The translations under genes and the position numbers were made by a program. The notes below the pieces were generated by a model. That model saw nothing but the letters and a program-made list of their open reading frames with translations, was not told the origin of the DNA and searched no databases. Of a stretch of 64,000 nt of DNA, positions 12,701 to 25,629 are shown one piece after another (position 1 is the stretch's first letter; each line of letters begins with the position of its first letter). Location: positions 19,967,224 to 20,031,223 of the forward strand of contig OZ316897.1 of the NCBI GenBank assembly GCA_973895155.1. The letters are read 5' to 3'. This DNA comes from Marsupella aquatica (lineage: Eukaryota; Plantae; Marchantiophyta).

Positions 12701-15163
12701 ATCTCTTGGACTCGGCTACAGGGCTTAGCTGGGAACCCATGGTGATGTGGCGAGCATGTCGTGAAACTAGGAAGGGCAAGTTCAAGGATGAGACTAGGAC
12801 AGTCAGAGCAGTAAGCTGCTGGGATTGGTCTGAGGTATGTATCTCCGGTGATAGTTAGCTTCTTATTTTTCAAGTTAGCCTCCTGCACCGGTGACAAGGG
12901 GAAACCTGCTGTACCTAAATGCTGTTTGCGTACTTTAGCTGCAATGAATAGTAGTGGAAAAACTGCATATTTTATTTCTAGTTGTGTTATCATTACTTAG
13001 CTTTTCACCTGATTGTCATATTTCTATAGAGTACTTCATTGTAGAACAATATGATGTTGGATGCAGGCTTTTGAATATGATCGACACTTGCGTATGAATG
13101 GACTCTCTGGTCTAAACCTTTATGGATAATGGTGCGCAGGTAGAGATCAATATTCATCAGTTCTTCAAGCGTTACCAAGAAGGAGCTACGGGCCAAGGTT
13201 GTCCAGAAATGTTAAAACTCAAAGATTGGCCACCTTCCAATCTTTTTTCCGAACGCTTGCCTCGTCATGGGGCTGAGTTTGTTAAAGCTCTTCCATTACC
13301 TGCTTACACACATCCGACGCGAGGGGCTCTAAATTTGGCCACAAAGCTTCCCAAGGGCCGGTCCCAACCTGATTTGGGACCGAAAACTTACATCGCGTAT
13401 GGACGTAAAGAAGAGCTCGGCAAGGGTGATTCGGTGACAAATCTGCATTGTGACATGTCTGATGCGGTTTGTCATTCTTTCTCTAACTGGCAGCCCAAAT
13501 CCATACTTAGCGATCATTTGAAACCTGATTGTTTCGAAACTTATTTCCACCTATTGTGACGAATTTGCCTGAGTGACGTCTCAATAAGTAAGGACCGGCC
13601 TGAAGCTGCTTGACTTGATTTGAACTGACAGGTAAATGTTTTGACACATACTTCTGAAGCCCAATCTCCAACGCAATATCGGGCTGGAGGTAATGAAGAA
13701 GATGTGACGCCGAGTGTGGTCTCGTATGGTGCTGCTTTGTGGGATATATTCCGCCGAGAAGACGTCCCGAAATTAGAAGATTACATCAAAAAGCACAAAG
13801 ACGAGCTCAGCAATAAGCCTGTGGCAGATGTGAGCACCAATTTGTGGAGTTGTACTATCGCTGTCTTGCTGGAAATTGTCTGATCTAATTTCATAGGATG
13901 CAGTCTGTTATAAATAGATCAGTCACGTAATACGTAGAGTTCATCTATGCATCTCACCAGTTCTTGTGTCGCAGTTCTGTCATCCCATCCATGACCAAAG
14001 TTTCTACTTAGATCAACAGCAAAAAAAGCAGCTGAAGGAAGAATATCGTAAGTGCTCGATCTTCATTCTTGTATGAGACACACAGGGTATTCGAAAGTTT
14101 ACAAAGACTTATTTGCCAGTGGCTTTTTTCTTGCAGTTTGTCACATCTCTACCAGTTGTTTTCTCTTAGGTAATTGCAAATACCGCAGCTATGATTCGCG
14201 TTCGCATTGAATCTTTAACTGGCTACGGCAGTTATGGATTCTTTATACTAGTCTTTACCTGGTTTCTAAATGATTTACTATTGTGATATTGTGTAGAGAT
14301 TGAGCCATGGACATTCAAGCAAAAGCTTGGAGAGGGAGTGTTTATCCCTGCAGGGTGTCCGCACCAAGTGAAGAACTTGGAGGTCAGTTATCAATTATGT
14401 CCAACTATTATTGCAGCCTCTTTTGACTGGATGAGAGAGCCTGGGAGCCTGGCAAGATTTATTTTTCTCATTTTCTGTTTTGCAAATTTTCCATGCCATC
14501 GACAACTTCATGATTCAAAGTTTGGTATGTACTCGTTTTGTCCTTCAAATTGTTGTGCGCCTTTCTGATGTGGTTTGTTCGTTGCAGTCCAATATGAAAG
14601 TAGCGCTTGATTTTGTCTCCCCTGAAAATATCAACGAGTGCATTAGCCTTACCGAGCAGTTCCGCCTACTCCCCAAAAGTCATAGTTCTAAGGAGGACAA
14701 ACTTCAAGTGAGTGTCTGATTCAGAGCATCGTCCTCGGCCGATGTGTGTATCTCATGCTGCTTAAAGGTTTATAAGTTTAGTCTGCGAAGGTGTGTATGT
14801 CGACATGTTTTTTAAAGTATCATAAGTCCTTGAAGTTTTGTATTGAATCCAATCTAAAATATACTTCTCTTCCGCACAGGTAAAAAGAATGGTGTTGTAC
14901 GCTGCCAAACAAGCTGTAGATGATATAAACGGCAAAGGTCTCTGCCAAAGGTGAGTCAATTTAACTAGGCGTGAAATTTCCCAAATAATGAAAGTGGTTC
15001 TTTCATTCCAGTAATTAGCAACAAAGTCCCTTTCAATTGTAAATATGCATTTTCCCTTACATATCAGAACAAATGACTATAACATCAAGAGCAATTATAT
15101 TAATATTCCTCCAAAGTCTGGAATTGACTATTATTTTGTCCTCAATTATATGCTTACAGGTAA
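9734..15163 (+). CDS. KDM3/JHDM2-family JmjC histone demethylase (JMJ25/IBM1-JMJ26/27/29-like, predicted H3K9), 13 exons
   Basis: GT-AG exons join in frame: 9734-10426, 10680-10825, 11087-11186, 11336-11465, 11791-11848, 12075-12834, 13140-13466, 13632-13829, 13975-14047, 14297-14382, 14588-14707, 14880-14950, 15160-15163 (TAA). Motifs: degenerate [122 protein letters not shown]. Fe ligands H-D-H are intact. Confidence 0.93.
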
Positions 15164-16792
15164 AGGAAAGGATCTGAAGTAACCACTTCAGATACAGTGA
15201 GACCTGCTGCTGTCAAGATTGGACCCTCTGGAGTGCAACCATCGTTCAATATGTTGGTTATTTGTGAATTACCAACTGTAGTTTTGAAAGAGATCTGATT
15301 GAGGATTTAAGTGAACATGACGTCAAGGAGAATAGATACTCAGACAGGATTCTTTTGATGATTTGAGAACCAAGACAGAGAATCAAGATAGTTTAGACGC
15401 TTACTCAGTGGAGATACAATGATTAATCTCATCAGTTGGAGATTTTGTCAGCAGCTCATATTTTCATATAAGCCAAATAGGTTATCAAATTATTGACATC
15501 TAGATCATTTAACATTACAATTGTTTATTTGCCCACCATTTCTAAATCTGCTTTCTATTTGACGGGAAGGTTTGGCACCTCGATGTCGGCGTCATTAGTG
15601 GAAAGACTTCTCATCCCGATTTATTGTTTAATGACTTAAGTACGGTATTTGATAGTTTAGATTGAATCAGTTTGGTCTCCGTTGTCTCTATTTCAGCAAA
15701 CTGATCTATGTCTGGCTAGGTGGGTATCTCTCCAAATCTACCATTATTTTCTTAATGAACTATGCAACAATCCTTTAGGTAAAGAACGGAATTAATATCA
15801 GTAGAACTGTGAGGTGAACTAGGGTTGTGCAAATGAAAAACTAATATGTATCTTATTAACGTTAAACCTGCATATTAACCTAGCTTGTTAATACCAGGGT
15901 TAATACAATGATGAAGAAGAAATTTCCGATGCTAATTGGCCAAGGAACTCTGAAACAAATACCAGAAAATTTTGCAGCCAAAATTACTCACTCCCAAACA
16001 AAATATTATAGAAAGAGGAATACACCACCAAACTAACCTCTAACCAGCCAATCCATGCACAATTTATACTATGGAAAGTGCAAAATCATGGTGAGATGTA
16101 CCTTCCATATAATCATCCTGATTAACCAACCTGGTTGGATTTGTCCACCTGTGCTCTGGTCCATACCATCTGATCGATCAATACAAATAGGCCTGCCCAA
16201 GGTACCTAGATACACAAGTCACACTTTGCCAACCTAATTTAGAGAACCTTCTTTTTCCTCCCGTCTGGCTCCCATCTCAACTAGCATGAGCTCCTTTGTA
16301 GTGAATTAAGTCAAAGTCAAAGCTGAAACTTCTTTTTGTTGGACACAGGTTAGACAGTCTGAGTCTTAAACATCTCTAATGTTGTTGCACATAAAAAATT
16401 TAAGTCTTCCCTTCACACCAATACACGACCCTATTCTCTGTTGCACGTGATGTGCTATGTATGCGGAAGTGTGACCCTCAAACATAGCGTGCATGATCAC
16501 CAAATCTTGTCCTATGATACAAGGAGGCTCTCCTAAGAATAATGCTATATTATAAGCCAGGAGATGTTTGGGGGAAACGTGTTAATGGCCTAAGATTTTA
16601 AGACTGAATAAACATCCTGACAAATCTATTTAAACTAAAACATCCAATGAATCCTAAGATTTCAAATCTTGGATAATTTTGTGCAAAGGTTTGACAATGA
16701 AGGTGTTTTATTTAAATTCAATCATAGTTATAAATTCCCATAATTTTCAAAATCAAAACCCAAAATGGATACCAATGTTTAACAAAATTAAT

Positions 16793-19429
16793 CACTGAGA
16801 TGAGCCACCACACTATCTGGACTCGGGATTCTCACTTCCGCTAAAAGACACATCATGTGCTACAAAGCATATTAATGTTGTTTATTTGATTCTAAAAAAT
16901 AAATAATAATAAAATTCATGCAAGAACATTAGGGTCCTCTAAACCTAATGTTGAGTACAGGTCAAGTGCAAGATTGAGGGGTACCAAAGGAGGCAGGAAA
17001 GAGCAGCTTAAAAAGGAGAGGGCTAGGGAAAAGATTGGAAATATCATTAAGAATTTGTTGAGCACACTCCCATGCAAAAAGGTTGGGGGTCTTCCAGAAA
17101 ATTAATGATGTGCACTCTACCAAAAGATTATTCTCTGGGTACTATCCAAAAGAATGTATGACATTTGTACAGTCCACTGCCACAAAATTAGGAGTCACAA
17201 AAGTTTGTCTGATTCCCACTTTTAGGTGGGTATTGGTGTAAAAAGTTCACTTCCTGTTACCTCTACCTCTCCACACAGCTTGATTATTGCTACGGCCAGA
17301 GCCTGCTGCTGAGAAATATGTATCCATTTTTGGTATTTATCTTAATAACGTACACGCGGTCCGGGCAGGATTTGGTGGGCAGCAGTGCGAAGAGTCATTT
17401 GCCCTGAATAAAAGATTAATTGGGCATACTTCTAGACTTTCAAAGCATTTGGATCCATGTCCAAAGATTTGGCATGCAAGATCCAACCCTTCAATGTCAC
17501 CAATACAATCATGGCCATCCCATGTAACATAACATATCATGAAAACAATCATCACGTCCACAGTTCCCATGTAATACAACATAAATTATCAAAACATTCA
17601 ATCATTGCCATCCCATGTTACATTTTTGGTTCTTTTTGTCATCAGATACTGATATATTATTTTACTGAAAACTATTTACTTGTGGAGGAAGTGAATATTC
17701 TTCCCGTATGCCTCAAACTTGCACTTAACGGTCTACAAGAAATATATGTACAGTTTCCTACACCAAAATATTGGAATTTCCAAAGAACTTACAAATGATA
17801 GGGATAAAAAATTAATAGTTAGAAATTTTTAAATTCCCTTCAATAAGTTTTAGGATGCTCAAGACTACAACTTGGGGGTCTCACTTTGGCAGCAAAAATG
17901 GCATATCAGTTGTGACAAAGCATAGTTCTAAAAGAAGATTTCTACATTTCTATTATTTTAAGAAGATTAGGGTCATTTAAATCCAATTTTGAGACTTAAA
18001 CAAAGATAGGGCTTAAGACTCCCAAGGACTACAAACATTCCAAATGATTGAAGGCTCAATCCTCATGGTGAGGCCCCTCAATATGTTGATAGTGGGCCAT
18101 TTAAAATGGTAGTGCTCTAAATTTGAAGAAATACTATTGTTTCTTTGTATAGAATAGTAATGTTATTGTGCATCTGAAAACATGCTAACTAAGCTCATTG
18201 AGTAATGTGTGCGTGTACATCAGAGATAGTGCTCACCTTTCTACTCCTAGCTTTAATTTAATTTGGAATTTGACTTCTCACCATGGCTTAATTTGATCTC
18301 GAATTTGACTTCTCGCCATTTATGGTCTTGATCATTGTCATCCTCAATGACAGTACTATCATGACTATTTCAGTTTCAAAGGATAGAGTTACTCCATCCT
18401 TGTTACCTGACAGTTGGAAGCTGAAGGAGATTTTCAAGAACCCCATGGGAACCTGTGACGCCAATGACATGACCCTTATTCTATAATATGATTAACCATG
18501 ATGCTATATATATGCAATGAATAACCATTGATACTGCATAACAATTAGCAAGAATGATGGCAAGAATAAGGACAATCATGGCGTTAAGATATAGATTGAG
18601 GTATTTTAACTTGAAGACTACATAATCAGGCAAACACAATTGAGATAGTCATTGCCAAGGCCACAAAGGAGAAGTTGGGGAAGAGAGGATTCACCTCCTC
18701 AACCATACCATCTTGTTGACAAGCAAGATGGAGCATGGAGGCTCTTCAAGATGCTGGTACAAAGGCAGGTGTGGTAATTCGGGGAAGTGAGTCTCCACCC
18801 CGGGGTCTCCATGACTGAATAGGAAGTTTTTGGTATGGTGATTATTTTCATGATGAATCTGAATGTCTTGGGTCTGTAGCTTCATTTTGTTACTTGGGAT
18901 AGTGGTTCATAGTCTAGTCTTAGAATGTTAGGGTAATAAAAAGCTACGTCACGGGTAGTCGGCAACCATATCTTTGTCAATACGTCACCAAAAATCCGAA
19001 TATGTAAAAAGCATTAGAAAGCTCTGATCAAGGCAAGTAAAATCGATATAAAACACTCTGGAAACGGTAAGAAAGATAGAGCTTGCCCAGAAAGACCTTG
19101 GGGGTCTCACTATATGGATGCCTCCCCATCACCGACGACATTTTTAGGCCTTGGACCCCCTAAAATGTAAGAATTTTTTTTAATTTTTCAACCCCTATAA
19201 AGTTGGAATATTCTTGGAATGTTCCAAAAATTTGGTTATAAGGACCCTAATGTTCTTATAAGTCTCAAAATTTTATTTACAGAACCCTATTGTTCTTCTC
19301 AAAAAAATTCTTAAGTTTTCCCTTTGAACCAATAAAATGATCCTATACTTCGTCGCACGTGATGTGTCATTTTTGTGGAAGTGAAACCCCCGAGAGAAAG
19401 ACATGACTTTGTGGTAGCTCACTAGAGTA
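16793..19429. mobile_element. Degenerate DNA transposon with long imperfect TIRs (Mutator-like, non-autonomous)
   Basis: 16793-16950 is the reverse complement of about 19235-19429 (gcacRtgatgtgtc..ggaagtga, ggaccctaatgttctt, gtggtRgctca). The same terminal motif occurs at 16440 (+) and 20410 (-). No intact ORF and no clear TSD. Confidence 0.5.
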
Positions 19430-19624
19430 GAGACAGATAGGTCTTGGGTTCAACTATTGTGGCATACACTTCCCAACTATTGTGGCTGACTCTTCCCTTT
19501 CTATGATGTTTCACATATTTCCCCTTAAAAAAAAGGAAAAAGAAAACAAAGGTAGAGCCTAATAGTGTTATAGGTTAATTTGTCACCAACAAAAAAAAAA
19601 GGTTAATTTGTCACCAAAATTAGT

Positions 19625-19930
19625 GGGTTTGGGTTTGGGTTTGGGTTGATCTAAGCTCGGCTATGGCTTAGCTTAGGTGAGCTTGGCCACAGCTTAGCCC
19701 AGGTCAGCTCGGCCTCCGCTTAGGCTTAACCCGGGTTTGGGTTAGCCTAACCTCTGGCCTGGGTTAGCATAGGTCAGCTTGGGTTTGGGCTTAGCTTAGC
19801 TTAGGTTAGCGGATAGAGGTTAGCAGGAAGTGTCTTAGCCCAAGGCCACGGGTTAGCTCTACTCTGGTTAGATAGGATAGCTAGGTCAGCCATGCAACTC
19901 AGGTTAACTAAGTAACTTGGGTTAGGGCAG
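19625..19930. repeat. Low-complexity GGGTTT / TTAGC / TTAGG-rich tract (telomere-like, degenerate)
   Basis: (gggttt)3 followed by many ttagc/ttagg/ggttag words. Confidence 0.6.
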
Positions 19931-20645
19931 CAGTTTATACCCCCTCTTGGTTGCGGGGCCATAACTTTCTCTGTATTTGACCAAATCAATATAATTGACC
20001 TTGTTGGACAGAGGAGCTCATGCTGCTTCCAACACCCGCTATTCATGTAGCAAATAGTTAAATAGAGAAATTGGGAGAGAAGGCGCAAGCTCGCAAAAGT
20101 TATGGAGGAGGGCCACATCCAAAATACATAGCCAATTTGAGATGAATATAGAGTGACGAGTTAGGGTTCAGTAGTTAGACATAGTCGCGGCTCTGTTAGG
20201 GCTGGAATGGGGCTCCAGCAGCGTAGCATCCACCCTCTTGGGAGAGTATATGGAGCCAGCCCCCTAGTAGAAGCAAGGGGGAACTTCAGTTGTGTGATCT
20301 CACGTAGATTGAGCAGTAGAGAGGAGCTCTGTACAAGCAAGGCTGGGCTGGGGTGCTGTGTGTTGGGGAAAGCTTGGTCTTGGGGGGGGGGTGTCACTTA
20401 CACGGAAGTGGCACATCATGTGCGACGAAGTATAGGCCCATTTAAATGGGTGTGACGAAAGTTTAGGGTTTTACTGAATTTGTAAAGGGAAGTCTCCTTG
20501 ACCTTAGTCCAGTGATAGAGACAAGGGAAGTGTGCTTGACCTTAGTGCATTGATAGGGATTGAGGAGACACTCGCCATTTCCTTTGTCCTGTTGCATCCC
20601 TTCTTGCTTGGAAACACAGTGCATTTCATTTTCATTCACACTAGA

Positions 20646-20789
20646 TTAAATGTTCTTCTTGTTTTATTCATTCTCTCTGTGGTTAGAATTTTTTAAGTTT
20701 GTGGTCTCCAAATTAAATTAAGTTTTCTTCTTGTTTTTTATTCATTCTCTATGAGGTTAGATTCGTTTAAGTTTGTAGTCTCCAAATTT
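20646..20789. repeat. ~72-bp imperfect tandem duplication
   Basis: ttcttcttgtttt..attcattctct..ggttaga..ttaagtttgtRgtctccaaatt occurs twice. Confidence 0.8.
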
Positions 20790-20992
20790 GAATGACCATC
20801 ACGGTATCAAAAAACACAACCTCGCTTTTGATGATTGCGATAACTTATAATGCTTGCAAATGCATGTGTAATAGATGGAAGTGCACTTTTCCTTGGGGTG
20901 CAGTTTCCAAAGGAAAGGACTGTCATATTCGGGGGACTACACTACCGGACTGCAGTTAACCACAGAATGCAGAGCACTTTTGCATGGGTGGA

Positions 20993-21447
20993 CTGTAGTT
21001 AAACACTTCTGAAATTGCAGAAGAATGTCGTTTCTGTTGCTTCATTTTGCTCTTCTTCTTGGAGAAAGGTTTCATGGCTGTAGTTAAACACTTCTGAAAT
21101 TGCACAAGAACGTCGTTTCTGTTGCTTCATTTTGCTCTTCTTCTTGGAGAAAGGTCGATGATTTCATGGCTGTAGTTAAACACTTCTGAAATTGCACAAG
21201 AACGTCGTTTCTGTTGCTTCATTTTGCTCTTCTTCTTGGAGAAAGGTCGATCATTTCATGGCTGTAGTTTAAACACTTCTGAAATTGCAGGAGAACGTCG
21301 TTTCTGTTGCTTCATTTTGCTCTTCTTCTTGGAGAAAGGTCGATGATTTCATGGCTGTAGTTAAACACTGCTGAAATTGCAGGAGAACGTCGTTTCTGTG
21401 CTTCATTTTGGTCTTCTTCTTGGAGAAAGGTCGATGGCTTCATGGCT
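20993..21447. repeat. ~92-bp minisatellite, 5 copies
   Basis: Unit ctgtagttaaacacttctgaaattgca..cgtttctgttgcttcattttgctcttcttcttggagaaaggtcgat..tttcatgg starts at 20993, 21078, 21170, 21262 and 21355. Confidence 0.95.
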
Positions 21448-21849
21448 AGAAAGATCCGTGAGTCGGTCTAGTAATGGTCGAAGCTAGAGACCATGGAATG
21501 TAAGACCACGGAATGCAACGGCTGTTCCTCGTCTGCGAAGCGCGTGCTTGCTTGGTTTGGTCCCAGGTACGACCCTAGCCTTGCTGTGATTCTCACCTGC
21601 CCTGCGATTTTGCTCATGATTTGGACTTGCTGTGGCGATTTGCGAAGATTGTCGCGTGCCCTGGCATTGTGCTCATGATTTTCGCTTGCTGTGGCGATTC
21701 GCAACGATTTTCACATTTCCTGCCTTTTTTCCTCATTATGCGGTAATCAGCTTCTGCACGTGAGGCCCGAGCTTCGAGCTTTCAAGTTCAAAGTTATGCG
21801 GTACGCCCTTCGTCGAATGTGCAGCAACCCGAAGAAGACAGCCACAACG

Positions 21850-22890
21850 ATGTCGCTTCCCGATTTCAACACATTGGGTTTCTACAAGGACGACACCACT
21901 GTGTATGTACCCCCGTATTCGCCAACGGACCCGACCACCCTGATCTATTTCATCACGGGCAATCCAGGGCTCATAGGCTACTACGCGACATTCCTCCAAA
22001 CTCTGTCTGAGCTCCTAAGAAAACCGAAACAGGGGAGCTTGAATCCCAATCGACCCTCCACGAGCCCGAATCCTAATTTCAGCGTCCTCGGCACCAGTCT
22101 AGCCGGCTTCGAAACAGAGTCTCCTCGTATACCAGACCCCCACGAGGGACCGTTCTCACTGCAGTCGCAAATTGAGCTCAGCGAAGTCAGACTCGGAACG
22201 TTCCTCCATCGGCACGCGGCCTCGTTGCCTGATTTTTCTGCGCCAACGAAAGTCATCCTTGTAGGCCACTCAGTCGGGGCATACATCCTGCTCGAGCTGC
22301 TCCGGAGGCAGCAAGACCGTGCGCAGAATGGCGACGAAGGAGTCCCTAACGGAGAGATCGTTGGAGGTATTTCCTTGTTTCCCACTGTGACGTGGATTGG
22401 GAAAAGTCCGTCCGGGCGGAGGCTTGGGTGGGCTCTTCAGCTCCCGGGGTTTGCGAGGATTGTCGGTGCACTCGCGAGGGGTCTAGGCTTCGTTATACCG
22501 GAATTCATACTACGGCGGATTGTGGGAGTTCTGGCTGGGATGCCCCACAAGGCAGCGAGGACAACGACGGCGTTTTTGAGGAGTCCATTGGGGGTTAGGC
22601 AGGCGTTGTGGATGGCGAGCGATGAGATGAAAATCATTGAAGAGGATAGGTGGGATGATGCGCTGTGGGCTTGTGAGAGGACGAAGCTCGTCTTTTATTT
22701 TGGGGAGAGTGATCATTGGGTCGATAATTGTCTCAGGGACGAATTGATTAGGTTGCGCAGTTTGGAAGGGAAGGAATGGCCTAAGATGGTTCTTGATGAG
22801 CAGCATCTTCCGCACGACTTTTGTATATCTCGTAGTGATATCATGGCGAAGATTACCGCAGACTGGGTAGAGAAAATTCTTGAAAGATGA
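21850..22890 (+). CDS. Lipid droplet-associated serine hydrolase (LDAH / DUF2305 / yeast YPR147C family), intronless, fungal-like
   Basis: IYFITGNPGLIGYY, FSLQSQIE, nucleophile VGHSVGAY, LFPTV, FYFGESDHWV (Asp), PHDFCI (His). One uninterrupted ORF; alternative ATG at 21796. Confidence 0.88.
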   Translation: MSLPDFNTLGFYKDDTTVYVPPYSPTDPTTLIYFITGNPGLIGYYATFLQTLSELLRKPKQGSLNPNRPSTSPNPNFSVLGTSLAGFETESPRIPDPHEGPFSLQSQIELSEVRLGTFLHRHAASLPDFSAPTKVILVGHSVGAYILLELLRRQQDRAQNGDEGVPNGEIVGGISLFPTVTWIGKSPSGRRLGWALQLPGFARIVGALARGLGFVIPEFILRRIVGVLAGMPHKAARTTTAFLRSPLGVRQALWMASDEMKIIEEDRWDDALWACERTKLVFYFGESDHWVDNCLRDELIRLRSLEGKEWPKMVLDEQHLPHDFCISRSDIMAKITADWVEKILER

Positions 22891-25531
22891 GAACGTTTTA
22901 GAAGATTGACATTACCTTCAATTCCAGGAGTTAATTCCTGACTTTTGAAGTTCAATCAAATATTGGCGATCCCCTAGATTTCTAATAATAACATCGATTT
23001 CTGAAAATGTGACAGAAAAATCGACGAACACACTGATTTGAGAATTTTGACATGAGGGTTTTACCACATGTTAACAATTAAGTTGAAGATAACATACTGT
23101 AGGTTTGTCATTCTTGTTAGGCGGGCAGGGCACGATGACGAGGTGCATAAGCGAGAGAGCCCTAATCTTTCTCTCTTTTCATTGTTGCAAGAACTCATTT
23201 TGGAGTTGTGATGGGTTGGCCATGGTGATGAACTACCGGTGCTGTCAATTCGAATGGGGAGCTACAAGCCGTCCAAACGCAGGTCGGACTGTTTTGGACA
23301 GAACTAGGCACTGTAGTTGGAACCGATACACATCATATCGAGATAAGGGGAAGTGCAGAGGGTGAGCCCAAGGGAAAGCATTGCTGAAAGGACATTCAGC
23401 CGAACATGACCAGGTCGGTCTAGAATTCGAGCTAGCAAGGACACGCGGCAAAGTCTCTTAGTGGAGGAGCTGCTCAAGTTTTGGTGCCAATTACGAAGAT
23501 GTTCAAGTCGGTGAAGCAAAGTGGGGGAGAAGGTGAAGGAGAGACTGCACTTCAAGTTGGCATTCAATGCCACCAAGGTTCTCATAAATTTCCACTCGGG
23601 GTCCCAGGAAATCGCCTAGTTTCTTTGATAGTTTGCCCTCTGCCCTTACCCTGTGCGGTGTATTTGCAAAATCGCCAGGTCATTTCTCGGCGCAACATGT
23701 ATTAGATCTCTCAGTGATTGGTCTTCGGAACTGAATAGTTTCCATGGTAACACAAGTGTCCTACACACTAGGTCCTCTGTAAGCTCCAGTGATATCGTCA
23801 TGTGCTGATGTCACTATTCTGCACCAGTAGCAGCCTGCCGATATTTACATTCTTGGGTGCTTTTGAGAGTGTTTCTATCATGTGCCTTCATGAGCCTGAA
23901 ACCTGAAGTTTGGTTGATCTATTGGTTATCTACTGATTATCTTTCCCGTGTAGGGACTGCAGTTCCCTGCAGCAGGTGGTGCCTGTAGCCTGATCCCAAT
24001 CCTCTCTTAGTTTCCGTGAAGTTGTTACAAGACACGAAGAGGACGGGTTATGACGGTAAACTGCACAAGTTCGTCGTCTCTACAAGTAAGTGTCTTCTTC
24101 TAATCCACGACAAGTTGTGCAATATGGGCCTCATGGACGGTCCCATTTCGCTTGGAAGATGTCATTAACGCAGGATATCTCAGATTGCCAGATGACATTA
24201 CAGTCGTCTCACTTTTGCACCAGTCTTTCAGTATAAAGACTTTGCTCACCGTACCTCCATATTATTGGGCTTCAAAAACCATGATCAAGAAAGCTGGTCG
24301 AGAGATTAAAATCGAATAATTTTCTTCCATAAAGCTCAGCGCAGCTGATTTCCTGGAGAGAAATAGCAATTATGAGCGATGTTCTCCGAGCATGTGTCAA
24401 CACCTGGCTACTCTTGATCAGGAGTCGGGGGAGAGGTTACTGTTCTAGTGTTGATTATGCAGGTTCCAAGAATCTATATCAGATCTCATTATTAAAGCAA
24501 TTCAGTACAATTCGGGGACAGTCCTAACGTAGGTTTGTCATTCTTTTCTGCCTTGCCTTTTTAGTTACTTTGATTTTAGGTTCCAGTTTTTCTTGAGATG
24601 AAAATATTTTCTTTCAGCTTGGAATCCACTTTGACAACGAGCCTTGCTTGGTGGTAAGCTAAGAATGAAGCGTCATGTTGATCCAAGCTCTCAACATTCT
24701 TATAATCCATGAGTTGAACTGCTATCATCATGCGGAGCTCCTTTTTTGTGTTGGAATCTTTTTTGCTGCACGTAGTCATTGTGTCCATTTTGCAGACGAG
24801 CATAACCTTTAATGGAATCATCCCAGCATAAGTTTCCAGATGAACAACCCGAGTTTGCGAAATAAGTCCTCTCTGGAATGAGCAGTTTTAGATGTGTGCC
24901 TGTGCCAATGCTTCAGAACGAGCCCGTCCCGTCCCCAACTGCAGGGTCCAGAGGAATTGACAAATTGACAGTCATCTACACACTCTAAATCTCAGTAGTG
25001 GGTAATTTAGAGTTGAAAAAGAGACCTTTAACTAAACTGTTGTGATCATTTTTATGCGGCTCATTCGATAACTTCAGCTGGGCAACAAAATAAACTTGCG
25101 TCAGGATGCTCTTGATCAATCCACAACCGGTGCATCGTTGTGTAATTAGATGGTTACTTTGACAATGAGAACAACATCAAGACACCGGAAACCGGTATAT
25201 AGAAAATGACACGAAGAAGGAAGTAAATGTGGTTTTTTCAAGCTGGTCCAAGGGCATATGAGCCGCATAGTGGAACATACAGACCATATCGTTCTTCAGT
25301 ATCAGTCGAGTAAGTGGGTATTCACTTTGCTGTCCCCATTGAACTCAGAAATAGGAGGACAGGCTGAGAAGTGAGAACCAAACATAGAACACACCTGCAG
25401 TTTATACCAGGTCTACACGTAATTATTTGTCCATTTACCAAAGGCCCATTTTCGGAGTCCACCAAATGTAGAGTCAAACTTAGCGACAAAGGTATCATGG
25501 GTCAAAACGACTAAGGCCTGGAACCCACTGA

Positions 25532-25629
25532 ATGGTGAAAGCTACCAGCGCCAGAAGCCAATGACCGAATCATGCATAGTATGGTGAAAGCTACCGGCGC
25601 CAGAAGCCAATGACCGAATCAAGCATAGT
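25532..25629. repeat. 49-bp tandem duplication
   Basis: atggtgaaagctaccRgcgccagaagccaatgaccgaatcaWgcatagt twice. Confidence 0.95.

Noticed and set aside
20993-21447. CRISPR-like appearance of the regular array
   Set aside because: Whole units repeat with no unique spacers; eukaryotic context and no cas genes
23400-23580. Ankyrin-like words (ELARTRGK / LVEELLKF / GANY / GETALQVG)
   Set aside because: Needs three or more frame changes within 180 bp; possibly an old pseudogene but too weak to call
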